This document shows positions 46,701 to 56,328 of a DNA stretch of 64,000 nucleotides, one piece after another. The notes under the pieces are model-generated. The model saw only the letters and a program-made list of their open reading frames with translations. It searched no databases and was not told the origin of the DNA. The position numbers were made by a program, and so were the translations under genes. Origin of the DNA: a virus; IMG/VR virus record IMGVR_UViG_3300048583_000198, positions 8,443 through 72,442 of that record; one strand, given 5' to 3'. Position 1 is the stretch's first letter; the number at the start of each line of letters is the position of its first letter.

Positions 46701-47121
46701 CGGAGTGTTCTGCAACACACGATAGACCAGCCCAGGCAGTGCGAGCAGCATTGCCATTGGGCGGCATCACGGCCAAAGGATTGATCATGTAGATACCACG
46801 CTGAATGCGCCGTATCAGATCACATTCCATTAAGGCTGGCAGATGATTCTGCACAAAGCGACTGTCCACTTCAGGGGACAGCAGCCTGGTGCGTACCACC
46901 TCATTCGTATCCACATTGCGTGCCTTCACCATGGCACGGAAGAGCTTAATGCTCGAGGGTGGGAGGGACGCGAGAGTATCAAGTAGGTCCATGCTTGCAC
47001 CGTTTCGGTTGGAATCGCCTGTTCCCACAATGAGGAACGGCGGCTTGGCATCACGCAATCGTCTGCGTCGGTGCGTCACCAACTCCTCATCGTAGGAGAG
47101 ATTTAGGATGCTATTAGGCAT
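46675..47121 (-). CDS. RepL-like winged-helix protein
   Basis: L..L...DLI.RI.RGIYMINP motif typical of RepL/wHTH proteins. Confidence 0.55.
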   Translation of the reverse strand: MPNSILNLSYDEELVTHRRRRLRDAKPPFLIVGTGDSNRNGASMDLLDTLASLPPSSIKLFRAMVKARNVDTNEVVRTRLLSPEVDSRFVQNHLPALMECDLIRRIQRGIYMINPLAVMPPNGNAARTAWAGLSCVAEHSENTTAPTP

Positions 47122-47270
47122 GGCATTAGTCTATGCCTTCAACGACTAACAAACAAGTAGTTAATACTAGGCAGCCCATCATTTCGTCTGGGCTACCAAG
47201 TATTACCTCGCTTGTAAGTGATTGATTTCCCTCACAACCCATCTGCTGATTCATTCTTAGGAGAACCAAC

Positions 47271-47435
47271 ATGTTGCTAGCTTTGCTCACGTTGACCGGT
47301 GTACTCAGCATCGTGCTGATGATCCGGTCTGTCTTCGTCGTGCATGACAATTTCCTGGGTGCTGTCCTCATGGGCATCTTCGGCTTTGTCAGCTTCGTTA
47401 TCACCGCTGTGCTCACCAATGTGGTGTCGTCATGA
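47271..47435 (+). CDS. 54-aa two-TM membrane protein
   Basis: AGGAG RBS; MLLALLTLTGVLSIVL... Confidence 0.65.
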   Translation: MLLALLTLTGVLSIVLMIRSVFVVHDNFLGAVLMGIFGFVSFVITAVLTNVVSS

Positions 47436-47608
47436 ACCTCAAGGAGATGATGCCTCTCGAGTTGCATGAGCGTCGGCTCAAGCTGCTCAAAGAGGTGAAA
47501 GAGATTGACGAAGAATTTCGTCGTCGCATTCATCCCATCGTCACCACCATTGACGAGCACCGTGCCAGGGCTGCGCATTACGCCAGCATTGGCAAGCGTC
47601 CGTACTAA
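47432..47608 (+). CDS. 58-aa hypothetical protein
   Basis: ATGA overlap; MNLKEMMPLELHERRLKLL... Confidence 0.6.
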   Translation: MNLKEMMPLELHERRLKLLKEVKEIDEEFRRRIHPIVTTIDEHRARAAHYASIGKRPY

Positions 47609-47621
47609 CAGGAGAACTCAG

Positions 47622-47930
47622 ATGCTCAATGGCATCGCAGTGTTTGTCATGCTCACCATGCTGTTCATGTGGTGCGGCAAGAAATGGCGGCAACGCCTTG
47701 TCGGGATGGGATTCCTGACAGACATCTCGGTGCACATCCTGTGTCAGCTACTGCTCGGCGGTGCCAATGAGGGCCGCCTTGCAGTGCTGTTCGGGTGTGT
47801 GCTGTTCAATTTGCACTTGATGACCTACCGCAAGCTCTGGGGCTATTCAGCCTTCGAAGAGGGAGCATGGGTTTTCCATCGTGGTCTGTTCAACTTCCGG
47901 AGGAACCATGGAACATCTCAGGCTGGATAA
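47622..47930 (+). CDS. membrane protein upstream of RNAP II
   Basis: AGGAG RBS, hydrophobic segments. Confidence 0.7.
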   Translation: MLNGIAVFVMLTMLFMWCGKKWRQRLVGMGFLTDISVHILCQLLLGGANEGRLAVLFGCVLFNLHLMTYRKLWGYSAFEEGAWVFHRGLFNFRRNHGTSQAG

Positions 47931-49551
47931 CCAGCGTTCACATGCTGTGAGTCTCGATCCAGACACACAGCACATCTTCCACTACGTGTGGATACGGGGC
48001 CGATGCAGCTTGGTAGAGCTGTTTCCCGTGTTCGCACGTAAGGTGGAAGGATTCCTGGAGAAGCTCGAGAGCTTGCTGGTGCAGGGCCATCTGCATACAG
48101 ATCTCAAGAGCATCTGGGCCAGGGACCGACAGATCGTGTTCACCGAAACTCCGCTGTCTCGACCGGAAGAGAGTGACAGCTGGGTGCTCAAAGCTCTGAA
48201 CGAGCAGGTGCACGTCGTCGGTGATGATTTTACGTGGAATGGTGCCATCCACATCAATCGTGACTTTCAGTTGCAGTGGCACAAGATGACGCTCAAGCCC
48301 GGAGATCGCTTCTATTTGGGCCATTTCGAGGATTTTCGTGGCCGCATCTACTGCAAGGGCCACATCCTCACGTATCAGGGCACCGACTTTCAGAAGTCCC
48401 TGATTCGTACTGAGCCCTATCAAGTGACAGACCTCGAGTGGCTGCACATGGACGTAGCTCGTAGCTATGGACTAGACAAAGCCACATGGGCAGAGCGTCT
48501 GGCATGGAGCTTGGACCATCCTGAGCTGCAACAAGGTGCCAAGGAGCCCTTCCTGTACAAGAGCGCCTGGGAAGCTCTGCAGAAGGCTCTCAGGGGTGAA
48601 ATGATTGATCACCCTGTCAGTCTGGATGCCACGGCCTCTGGCATTCAGTGCCTGTCGCTTATGGCGCAGGATCCAGTGAGTGCCTTGGCCGTCAACCTGG
48701 GTAGCCAGGTGGTCAACAATCCGTATCGGAAAGTCCAGGAGGAGATGGGACCGTACGACTACGAGCGTGTGAAGCAGGCCACGATGACGCACTTCTACGA
48801 GAGTGTGCTCACACCCTTGCAGCTGTTTGGCGATGACTATCCTAAGTTCCTGGAAGCCATGGAGAAATCCATGCCAGGGCCTACGGCTATTCGTGATGCC
48901 ATCGCCAGCTGCATGACGTACCAGGATCGGTACAGGTGGGTGATGATGGATGGGTATGAGGTCGACATGAAGGTGACCACGCCCATTGAATGCACCATGG
49001 ATATCGGTGCTGGCCATCAGATGACGTGGATAGAGCATCGACAAGCAGCCGTGGCCACCAAGGGGCTCACTGCCAATGTGACGCATAGCCTGGATGCCCT
49101 CGTTCTGAGGGAAGTGCTGCGTCGTACCCACTGTCCCTACCAGTGGTACCAGCATGAAACGCCTTTCGAAGAGCTGCGTGAGAAGGACATCCTGCTCATG
49201 CAGAGCATCATTCGGTGGCGACAGACTCAATTCCTGTCATTCGAGTTCATGGACCATTGTGATGGCATGAACCAGCATCTCGTTCCTCGAGAGCTGAGAG
49301 AGGCCGTGGACGCACGTACAAGCGCCGATTGCATGTACATCCAGCCCATCCACGACTGCTATCGAGTGAAAGCCAATGACGCCAGCCGCCTCTTCCAGAT
49401 TGTTCGGGAAGTGATGGCTGACTTGGCGTATGCCAAGACGGCGGAATGGCTGCTGCCTCAGCTCGGATACAAAGGCAGCATCAAGGACGATGAATGCAGG
49501 AGAACGGCATTGAAGGAGCAAGTCCTTAATAGCCTCTACCTGATATGTTAG
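47908..49551 (+). CDS. T7-type RNA polymerase II, fused gp15+gp16 equivalent
   Basis: DFRGRIY, motif A LDATASGIQ, motif B RVKQATMTHFY, AN.THS.D, motif C IHD in one 547-aa ORF; GGAGG RBS. Confidence 0.88.
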   Translation: MEHLRLDNQRSHAVSLDPDTQHIFHYVWIRGRCSLVELFPVFARKVEGFLEKLESLLVQGHLHTDLKSIWARDRQIVFTETPLSRPEESDSWVLKALNEQVHVVGDDFTWNGAIHINRDFQLQWHKMTLKPGDRFYLGHFEDFRGRIYCKGHILTYQGTDFQKSLIRTEPYQVTDLEWLHMDVARSYGLDKATWAERLAWSLDHPELQQGAKEPFLYKSAWEALQKALRGEMIDHPVSLDATASGIQCLSLMAQDPVSALAVNLGSQVVNNPYRKVQEEMGPYDYERVKQATMTHFYESVLTPLQLFGDDYPKFLEAMEKSMPGPTAIRDAIASCMTYQDRYRWVMMDGYEVDMKVTTPIECTMDIGAGHQMTWIEHRQAAVATKGLTANVTHSLDALVLREVLRRTHCPYQWYQHETPFEELREKDILLMQSIIRWRQTQFLSFEFMDHCDGMNQHLVPRELREAVDARTSADCMYIQPIHDCYRVKANDASRLFQIVREVMADLAYAKTAEWLLPQLGYKGSIKDDECRRTALKEQVLNSLYLIC

Positions 49552-49557
49552 TTAATG

Positions 49558-49588
49558 GTGGCCTTAGCAAGGATGCTGAAGGCCACCT
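49558..49588 (+). terminator. hairpin after RNAP II gene
   Basis: GGTGGCCTT...AAGGCCACC. Confidence 0.45.
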
Positions 49589-49622
49589 GTCCCCTCACTT
49601 AACAACAGACTTAGGAGTTGAA

Positions 49623-50009
49623 ATGAACAGAAACGTCGAGTTTTCGGTCCTCGTGGGTAAGACCATCGAGGCCATCTGGGGCGGTGCTGGCGACGACAGC
49701 ATCAAGTTCACGTGCACCGATGGTACCCAGTACCAGATGTATCACTACCAGGATTGCTGCGAGTCCGTCTATGTCGAAGACATCGCTGGTGACCTGCAGG
49801 ATATCGTCGGCAGCCCAATCCTCGTTGCTGAGGAATTGAGCAGCAGTGAGGATCCGCCTGGGGTGAAGCTGAGTGACTACCGGGAATCCTTCACGTGGAC
49901 GTTCTACAAGCTCGATACGGCCAAGGGGGGTGTCACCATCCGTTGGTACGGCTCAAGCAACGGCTACTACTCAGAGCGGGTCGACTTCCATGAGGTGACT
50001 CATGGCTGA
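49623..50009 (+). CDS. conserved hypothetical phage protein
   Basis: H.QDCCE.V and SNGYYS motifs; AGGAG RBS. Confidence 0.8.
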   Translation: MNRNVEFSVLVGKTIEAIWGGAGDDSIKFTCTDGTQYQMYHYQDCCESVYVEDIAGDLQDIVGSPILVAEELSSSEDPPGVKLSDYRESFTWTFYKLDTAKGGVTIRWYGSSNGYYSERVDFHEVTHG

Positions 50010-50256
50010 GAAACCCAAGCCGTTCATCACCACCACTCAGGGAATGTCTGGGTGGTTCGCTGTCCAGTATTGGTGGAACGACAAGGACTTCCCAGGAGAT
50101 GGCTTCTGGGAGCCTTGGGAAACGGGCTTTGGTCGCTATGCGAACGAAGAAAAGGCCATCGAAGAAGCCCAGACATGGGCTGAAGCCGAAGGTCTCGAGT
50201 ACCGTCCTCGTGTCACTACTGCTGACCATATGGTGAGCAATCCACCTCCAGCGTGA
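50002..50256 (+). CDS. hypothetical protein
   Basis: GAGG RBS, overlap with upstream gene. Confidence 0.7.
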   Translation: MAEKPKPFITTTQGMSGWFAVQYWWNDKDFPGDGFWEPWETGFGRYANEEKAIEEAQTWAEAEGLEYRPRVTTADHMVSNPPPA

Positions 50257-50471
50257 TAACGACGCTGTGTGGAAATCGTGCAGGCATCTGACGAGATGTC
50301 TCTCGTCCTCTTGGACCCAGAGCTAACCAGCTGGGTAGAGGGAACCCCAAACTCGGGCTGTGGTGGCCCAACTCAACTAGCTTGACGAAGCATCATGACA
50401 ATTCAATCCGGCGTGGCCACAGCACCAGTAGTGCGGCAGTGGCCTTCCTTCAACTTCACGGGAGAATGTCG

Positions 50472-50594
50472 ATGTTCAGCATGTCCACTCTGATCGACCT
50501 GGGCTGCATTGCTCTGGTCGTATTCATTGGCACAACGCTGTTGAGTGCTGGCGTCATGGCAGCCGCAGCGTACAAGACGTGGAAGGAGTTCTGA
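50472..50594 (+). CDS. small membrane protein
   Basis: GGAG RBS; single hydrophobic helix. Confidence 0.55.
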   Translation: MFSMSTLIDLGCIALVVFIGTTLLSAGVMAAAAYKTWKEF

Positions 50595-50740
50595 TGGAAC
50601 TCCTCATCATCCTGGTCCTCATTGGCATGGTCGTGTACCTGCTGCCCTACATCATTGCCGGTGTGTTCATCGCAATCGGCATTGTTGGTGGACTGCTGGC
50701 ACTCATTGCCATAGGCATCGGGAAACTGCTCAGCCGTTGA
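50594..50740 (+). CDS. 48-aa highly hydrophobic membrane protein
   Basis: TGATG overlap, AGGAG RBS; MELLIILVLIGMVVYLLPYIIAGVF... Confidence 0.65.
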   Translation: MELLIILVLIGMVVYLLPYIIAGVFIAIGIVGGLLALIAIGIGKLLSR

Positions 50741-50755
50741 TTGCTTCAAGTTTTG

Positions 50756-50791
50756 GTGTCGGCCCCTTCGGGGGTCGGCACTTTTTTTTTT
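50756..50791 (+). terminator. rho-independent terminator
   Basis: GTGTCGGCCCC-TTCG-GGGGTCGGCAC plus long T-run. Confidence 0.92.
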
Positions 50792-52796
50792 ACAACCAAT
50801 CGAAAGCAATACTGCCAACAGGTTGGTGCACAAAAGGTCCACGAAGATTGATAGAAGCTGCTGAAACCTGTACAGGCCAAGGACTCACGCGATTATTTAC
50901 AAGAACATAAAGCGGAATATCCCAAGGAGTTTTCCCTGAATTTGTAGCATTAGGTACACCATATGTATCAAGCATACTAATGCTGCCTACTAAAGCATTG
51001 TTTCGATAAAAAACAATCTGCTTGTTTACATAGTCAATCAAACAACCCCACACATCTCCGATTAAAGGAGACACAACAGTACCTATTGTAATTTCATTGT
51101 TGTCAGCGTTAGGAATAGAACATTTTCCGTTTCTTGTATCGTATAGATACGAACCGCCTCCACCCATTGCTGCAAAATTAACACCCAGCTGGATATGTTT
51201 TGCGTTTAGCAAAGTTAGTTCGTAGTAATACTTTTGGAGTACTCCATTAATTCGCGGCATTACAGGACGCGAAGAACTAATAATTGCTGCAGCATCGTCA
51301 GAAGTGACATAGGTTGCATACACTGTGTTGTATTCAACTAAACCGCATGTGTCACCCCAATTCCAGTAAGTCTCCATTACAGCAGGAGCAAGCTCTACAT
51401 TTTTATTGAGCGCAAAAAGCAAATGATTACTCACACCGCCTGGGCAAGATTCATTTGGAGCACTGAATGAAAAATCGTCCCAACAAGACGCAAGTGCTCC
51501 ATTTTTTTCTTCACCTGCCATTACAGGACCATTTGGCGTAGGAAGAAAATAAGCAGGATCTTTTCCACGTCGAAAACATACTGCTCGAATATCACGATAT
51601 TCGTTTGATGCTGGAGTGAATTCCCAAGCATAAGTATAACCAGAACCGTTCCAATAGCCTCGAGCAATACTAATTCGAAGCTTATATGTTCCAGTTGTTT
51701 GAGCAGTGAATGTTAAAATCAAAGTACAACCTGTTGTACTTGGATCACCATCTTCTCGCTCAGCAAGAGTTCTGTGTTCCCAAACAGAACCATAATCAGT
51801 TAGTGGATCAAGCACACTTCCCCATCTAGTTGTGCTATGAACAATTCCTCCTCTTTCATTTCCAAGCGAATCTACATAAGAAACTCCAAGAGCCCCTTCA
51901 TACCCGCTTTTCAAAGAACCGCGACGACTCAAGTGATACGTGTATTCTTCTCCTGCTACAAGAGACACCTCATATTCAATGTAATGCCGCCCATATCCAA
52001 AACCACCTGGGCGCAAACGAGCATGATTATTCGCCATGGTTTTTAATCCCATAGCAAAAGAAGACCAACCCGCATCTTGTACAGAAGAAGTTGCTGTTTC
52101 CCCTGGAATCCAGTTTTCACCTTCTGTATTTGAAGCAACACGCCGCCCTACATAAAAAGCGTTGTATCCAGAGTCAACGATATAAGGCAAAGAAAAAAGC
52201 TGCTCATCAGCAAGCACAGGTCCGAGCGGTTGTTCTGATTGCAAACCCCAAGCAGATGAACTTGCGTCTGTACCTTTTGAACCTGTAACAAGGACTACAG
52301 GTGATCCCTCATGCCCAAGATGCATAAACAAAGGCTCAGTCTGACGCCAATCAGACGATCCACTAGCTCGTGAAGTATTACGGTTTGCAAAAGGCATGTT
52401 TCGATGAATGTTTGTGTAAGCATAAGTCACAGAACAAACACGATAAATTCCATTTGTGTTTGGGCTAACAAACGTCGATACATAAAACGTAGCGGGATCA
52501 AGATCTTCTGCTGTCGCCCAACGATAAAAAATCACACTACCTGAATTGTTTGCATTTCGAAGACCAGGATCTGCTGCATAAATTTCCCATCCTTCTGGAA
52601 TAGTTAGTGCAGCGCCTTCTCCCCAAGTTCGACCAGTGTTTGTTACACAAATCCAAAGCATAAAATAACCAACACGCAAATCAGCAATGTTAGTCGGAAC
52701 AAAAGTAGTTGATGTACCGCACCCGTTATTGATGTAACCAGGAGGCGGTGGCTCAACATAAAGAACTTGCGGTGGAATGTAATAGGTAGGCCACAT
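50790..52796 (-). CDS. tail fibre-associated / receptor-binding protein with C-terminal SPRY-like domain
   Basis: Start MWPTYY by TAATG overlap; KYYYE, GDV.G..ID.....I.FYRN..LVG. Confidence 0.7.
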   Translation of the reverse strand: MWPTYYIPPQVLYVEPPPPGYINNGCGTSTTFVPTNIADLRVGYFMLWICVTNTGRTWGEGAALTIPEGWEIYAADPGLRNANNSGSVIFYRWATAEDLDPATFYVSTFVSPNTNGIYRVCSVTYAYTNIHRNMPFANRNTSRASGSSDWRQTEPLFMHLGHEGSPVVLVTGSKGTDASSSAWGLQSEQPLGPVLADEQLFSLPYIVDSGYNAFYVGRRVASNTEGENWIPGETATSSVQDAGWSSFAMGLKTMANNHARLRPGGFGYGRHYIEYEVSLVAGEEYTYHLSRRGSLKSGYEGALGVSYVDSLGNERGGIVHSTTRWGSVLDPLTDYGSVWEHRTLAEREDGDPSTTGCTLILTFTAQTTGTYKLRISIARGYWNGSGYTYAWEFTPASNEYRDIRAVCFRRGKDPAYFLPTPNGPVMAGEEKNGALASCWDDFSFSAPNESCPGGVSNHLLFALNKNVELAPAVMETYWNWGDTCGLVEYNTVYATYVTSDDAAAIISSSRPVMPRINGVLQKYYYELTLLNAKHIQLGVNFAAMGGGGSYLYDTRNGKCSIPNADNNEITIGTVVSPLIGDVWGCLIDYVNKQIVFYRNNALVGSISMLDTYGVPNATNSGKTPWDIPLYVLVNNRVSPWPVQVSAASINLRGPFVHQPVGSIAFDWL

Positions 52797-55732
52797 TACT
52801 TGTACACCCCGAGTGCACGAGCGTGCGCTTGGATCCGTGCTTCGCTCAGTACCGTTGTGTAGTAAGCCGCGCCTCCATACACGCCTGTCGCCGCGGGCGT
52901 GGCATCGCCGGGATTCCCCAGCAGCGAGAACACGCCGCTGGCGCCTCCGGTGTGCTCCTGTCCGGCCGTGTAGACCTGACTGCCGACTAGCTGCCCATCG
53001 ATATATTGCTTTACTTGTCGCGTTGCGGCGTCTTTGGTTTGCACAAAATGATGAAGAGTTCCGTCGAGCCCGCCTCCGATAAACGATGGGGTTGCGGGCG
53101 CGTTCGTACCCGACCCGTACTCCCAAAACGTACCTAAGCCGCCGCCACTGCCCACCGCTAGCTGCATTGCAAAGTTTGCGGTTGATGTCTCTCCGTCTGC
53201 GCCGAGGCCGGCGATAAATCCGGCAGACGTGAAGGCCCCCCAAACCTCAACCGTGAAGGTTGTAACCGGCGCGGTCAGCCCCAGCTTCGTCGCGCTTACG
53301 GCATAGTTAAATTCACCGCCGTTGTTGACCGCCACCGTCTTTCGAGTCGGGAAGCGAGGATCGAGCGCCCTGAACTGGTATTGAGCGATCGGCGCGCCAG
53401 TGATCGTAAGCGTGTATCCATTCCCGCTGCTGTCGGCGAAGTTGCCGCTGGCCTCATCCAGCTTCCACCAGCCGCGCGGCGAGTCGGCGGCGATTTCGTC
53501 GTCGATGTTAGTGTCGTCGGCAATTTCCAGCACTCGAAGGATTGATCCGGCCATTAGTCTTGCGGGCGCGGCGCTGCTGGAAGTGTTTTGCGCAAACTGA
53601 TAGGACAATTCCCCGTCGCTAGTAGTCTCGATCGTCCCGTAATAACGCGTTGAATATCTTGAGGTCACGCTATCTACCGCATCAACGGCTAACGCTGTAG
53701 AGAACGTGTGGAAGCTGAGTGACGTGCTTGCGATACAACCGAGGCGGGAATATGAGGCTCGGCTAACTGTGCCGGTGAAATTGAGCCGGTGCTTCATGTC
53801 CGGCGTCGCGTTAACGTGTGTATCCAACCAGAATTCAAACCAGTAGATTCGCCCTGCTTTCAACGGACATTTTAGATTCGTCGAGTCTACATAAGCGGTG
53901 CTACTCAACACATCTTGGTTCGCAACCTGTAGCCGCACCGACTCGCCCGCAACAACCCCCGCTGGCCCCTGCGCTCCCTGAGGCCCCGTAGGTCCGCTCA
54001 TGCGGAAAATGGACAGCCGCCCATAGCACGTAGATGTTCCAGAGCGGTTCTGAACCATCGCTTCGATGTAGTCACCGGCCGCGTAGTAGTCAATGTCTAC
54101 GACTTCGGACTCGACAACGATTGCCGTTGAGCTTGAGCCGCCACGGTGCTTGTGCTGAGTGTTCGATAGCGCCGCGCCGTTTTTGCTGATGTATACGCGC
54201 TGAAGATCGTCGGCATCGCCTGACTGCGAAGCGGTGGCAACCACCTGATACCAGCCGTTCGCCGGAATCGTGATACGTGTCGGGTTGACCGCTGACCAGT
54301 AGTTTTCGTCGTCGCGAATCTCCGTGTCCCAACTGATCGCCTGCGCGGTCGTATTGAAGCTCTGCAGTGCCGCACGAGCGACGATACACCCCGACTGGCC
54401 GCCACCGCCGCCACCGCCTCCACCGCCGCCAGCAGGTGGATTAATCCATTCAAGACCTGTAGCTGCAGTAGAATTAGCTGCAAGAATTTGGCCATCAGCA
54501 CCAACTGCTAGTCGTGCAGCAGCATCTGTTCCTGTACCTACAGCAAGATCGCCTTTCGCGTTCCAAAGAACATCGGTTGCAACATCTCCTGCAACACCTG
54601 GAATAAATTTGCTTGTAGCGGTGTCCCAAACAAGAGCATCACCATCTGCAAGACCGGCGAGATTTACATCATCAAGTGAACTTATAGCTAAATGAACAGG
54701 AATCCATCGACTAGTCGTGGTATCCCAAATAACAGTATCGTGGTCAATTACACCAGTGAGATTGACATCTCCGAGTAAACCAAATTCAAGACCCGTAAGT
54801 GATTCCCACGATACATCGTAGTCATCATCACTCAATTTAGTGAGAACTTGGCCTGTTAAACCACCTTCAGGCGTACCTGCAGGACCGGTTGGACCTGCTG
54901 GACCAACAGCACCAGGTGCTCCAGGAGGACCGGCTGGACCGGCTGGAAGAATTCCCCAACCAGTACCTGTACCTGTGAAGTCAGGAAGAAATGAGCCTTC
55001 CCATACATTGTCAACTTCATCGTAAGCGGCATAAACAATATCAACAGCATTAGGAGCTGTTGAAAGAATAGGCGTAATGTCCATAATCCAACGAAAATTC
55101 GCTGGCCATGTGATGGTACGACCGCCTGTTGCATCTTGTTTAATTCTTAACTTGATAACCTGTCCTTGAATCGGGTTATCAATTGGAAGAATCGTTCGAT
55201 TACCTCCAAGCGTTAGGCGAAAAACATTTGATCCATGTCCATTCAATGAAATTGAAGGAGCATCGGTTAGTTGAACAGTTTTTGTGCCTTTACCTGCTTG
55301 ATGTTGCCCTGGATGTCGTAAACGATCATATGCATAAGCTCCCGTTTCAGGATCAACAGCTTTGTATCGTGGAGCACCTGCATCTACTTCTTCATGAGTA
55401 GCCCATTCAATTTCATCACCACCAAGATCTGCTAATACTTTTACGTGCTCGTCACGACTAGCATCCCAAAGCATAATGTAATCAGCAGATGGATCTACTG
55501 GTTCACTATGCGCAGGCAAAGTTGGGATGTCTGGACGGATATATACTTGTCCCTGGAAGACACCACCACCAGAGAGACCAGGCTCCGGGATTAACTCACC
55601 CCAAGAGAACTCAACGACGGTTGGACCAACCATCACTTGAGCCGTAACATCCGTTTCCGTGAACTCGGCAACGATAGCGTCAGGCCCAATCTCAACGACA
55701 GTGGGCACATTGCGTACGTCTACGGTTGCCAT
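52796..55732 (-). CDS. tail fibre protein with collagen-like repeats and C-terminal LamG-like domain
   Basis: GPAGPPGAPGAVGPAGPTGPA; L.DV.L.G..D.D...WD repeats; WKLDEASG, FTVEVW, HHFV...YIDG. Confidence 0.85.
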   Translation of the reverse strand: MATVDVRNVPTVVEIGPDAIVAEFTETDVTAQVMVGPTVVEFSWGELIPEPGLSGGGVFQGQVYIRPDIPTLPAHSEPVDPSADYIMLWDASRDEHVKVLADLGGDEIEWATHEEVDAGAPRYKAVDPETGAYAYDRLRHPGQHQAGKGTKTVQLTDAPSISLNGHGSNVFRLTLGGNRTILPIDNPIQGQVIKLRIKQDATGGRTITWPANFRWIMDITPILSTAPNAVDIVYAAYDEVDNVWEGSFLPDFTGTGTGWGILPAGPAGPPGAPGAVGPAGPTGPAGTPEGGLTGQVLTKLSDDDYDVSWESLTGLEFGLLGDVNLTGVIDHDTVIWDTTTSRWIPVHLAISSLDDVNLAGLADGDALVWDTATSKFIPGVAGDVATDVLWNAKGDLAVGTGTDAAARLAVGADGQILAANSTAATGLEWINPPAGGGGGGGGGGGQSGCIVARAALQSFNTTAQAISWDTEIRDDENYWSAVNPTRITIPANGWYQVVATASQSGDADDLQRVYISKNGAALSNTQHKHRGGSSSTAIVVESEVVDIDYYAAGDYIEAMVQNRSGTSTCYGRLSIFRMSGPTGPQGAQGPAGVVAGESVRLQVANQDVLSSTAYVDSTNLKCPLKAGRIYWFEFWLDTHVNATPDMKHRLNFTGTVSRASYSRLGCIASTSLSFHTFSTALAVDAVDSVTSRYSTRYYGTIETTSDGELSYQFAQNTSSSAAPARLMAGSILRVLEIADDTNIDDEIAADSPRGWWKLDEASGNFADSSGNGYTLTITGAPIAQYQFRALDPRFPTRKTVAVNNGGEFNYAVSATKLGLTAPVTTFTVEVWGAFTSAGFIAGLGADGETSTANFAMQLAVGSGGGLGTFWEYGSGTNAPATPSFIGGGLDGTLHHFVQTKDAATRQVKQYIDGQLVGSQVYTAGQEHTGGASGVFSLLGNPGDATPAATGVYGGAAYYTTVLSEARIQAHARALGVYK

Positions 55733-55778
55733 GTTCAAACCTTAATGGGCTGGAGGTGTCCTCGCCTATTGTGTGTGA

Positions 55779-56141
55779 ATGCTTCCAGTTGTTCAACCAA
55801 CCTTGATGGAGAATCTCGTGTACAACAGCCTCAAGCGTCAGAACCGTGTCCGTGTTACCGGCCAGCGTCGCACGATGTCTGCTAAGCCACTGAAGTCGGG
55901 CCGCGACGAGAGTTCGATTGCGTCGTCGGATGAAGCCGACCTGATCGCCATCTCGAACGCCATGCGGAAGGGTCAGCCGCTCTACTTCATCCGCACTGCT
56001 GATGGCGTCACGATGGACGTGATGCTCAGCAAGACAGATGCCCTCAAGTACCGTGACTCTGCTCGTGAGCGTATCGCCAGCATGCGCAGCCGCATCCAGG
56101 TCTACGAGCGCACCGGTACGGCACTCAATCGAGTGGCCTGA
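55779..56141 (+). CDS. hypothetical protein (start uncertain)
   Basis: First ORF of the resumed plus-strand run. Confidence 0.6.
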   Translation: MLPVVQPTLMENLVYNSLKRQNRVRVTGQRRTMSAKPLKSGRDESSIASSDEADLIAISNAMRKGQPLYFIRTADGVTMDVMLSKTDALKYRDSARERIASMRSRIQVYERTGTALNRVA

Positions 56142-56142
56142 C

Positions 56143-56328
56143 ATGAAGCGCCCCGGCTACTACGTGGAAGGGGAGTGGTTCAAGGACCGCTTCCACCAGG
56201 CCCGTGCTCGAGCTGCCTATCTGGCTACTCAATACGGTCGTCCAGTCGATCTCAAGCGTGTTGAGCACGAGTCTGATTCGTTTCAGCTCGTTCTCACCGT
56301 GATCAACAAGCAGAAGGCGGTTGCATGA
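56143..56328 (+). CDS. hypothetical protein
   Basis: MKRPGYYVEGEWF; ATGA overlap downstream. Confidence 0.65.
   Translation: MKRPGYYVEGEWFKDRFHQARARAAYLATQYGRPVDLKRVEHESDSFQLVLTVINKQKAVA

Noticed and set aside
50270-50310. GAAA...CTGACGAG resembling a hammerhead ribozyme core
   Set aside because: Only 12 nt separate the two core segments, too few for stems I and III, and the CTGACGAG overlaps a simple hairpin.
52797-53243. N-terminal extension of the 817-aa ORF call
   Set aside because: It overlaps the tail fibre gene in another frame; the TAATG junction supports a start at 52796.
50790-55732. Diversity-generating retroelement or invertible tail-fibre cassette
   Set aside because: No reverse transcriptase, template/variable repeat pair or invertase seen in the window.
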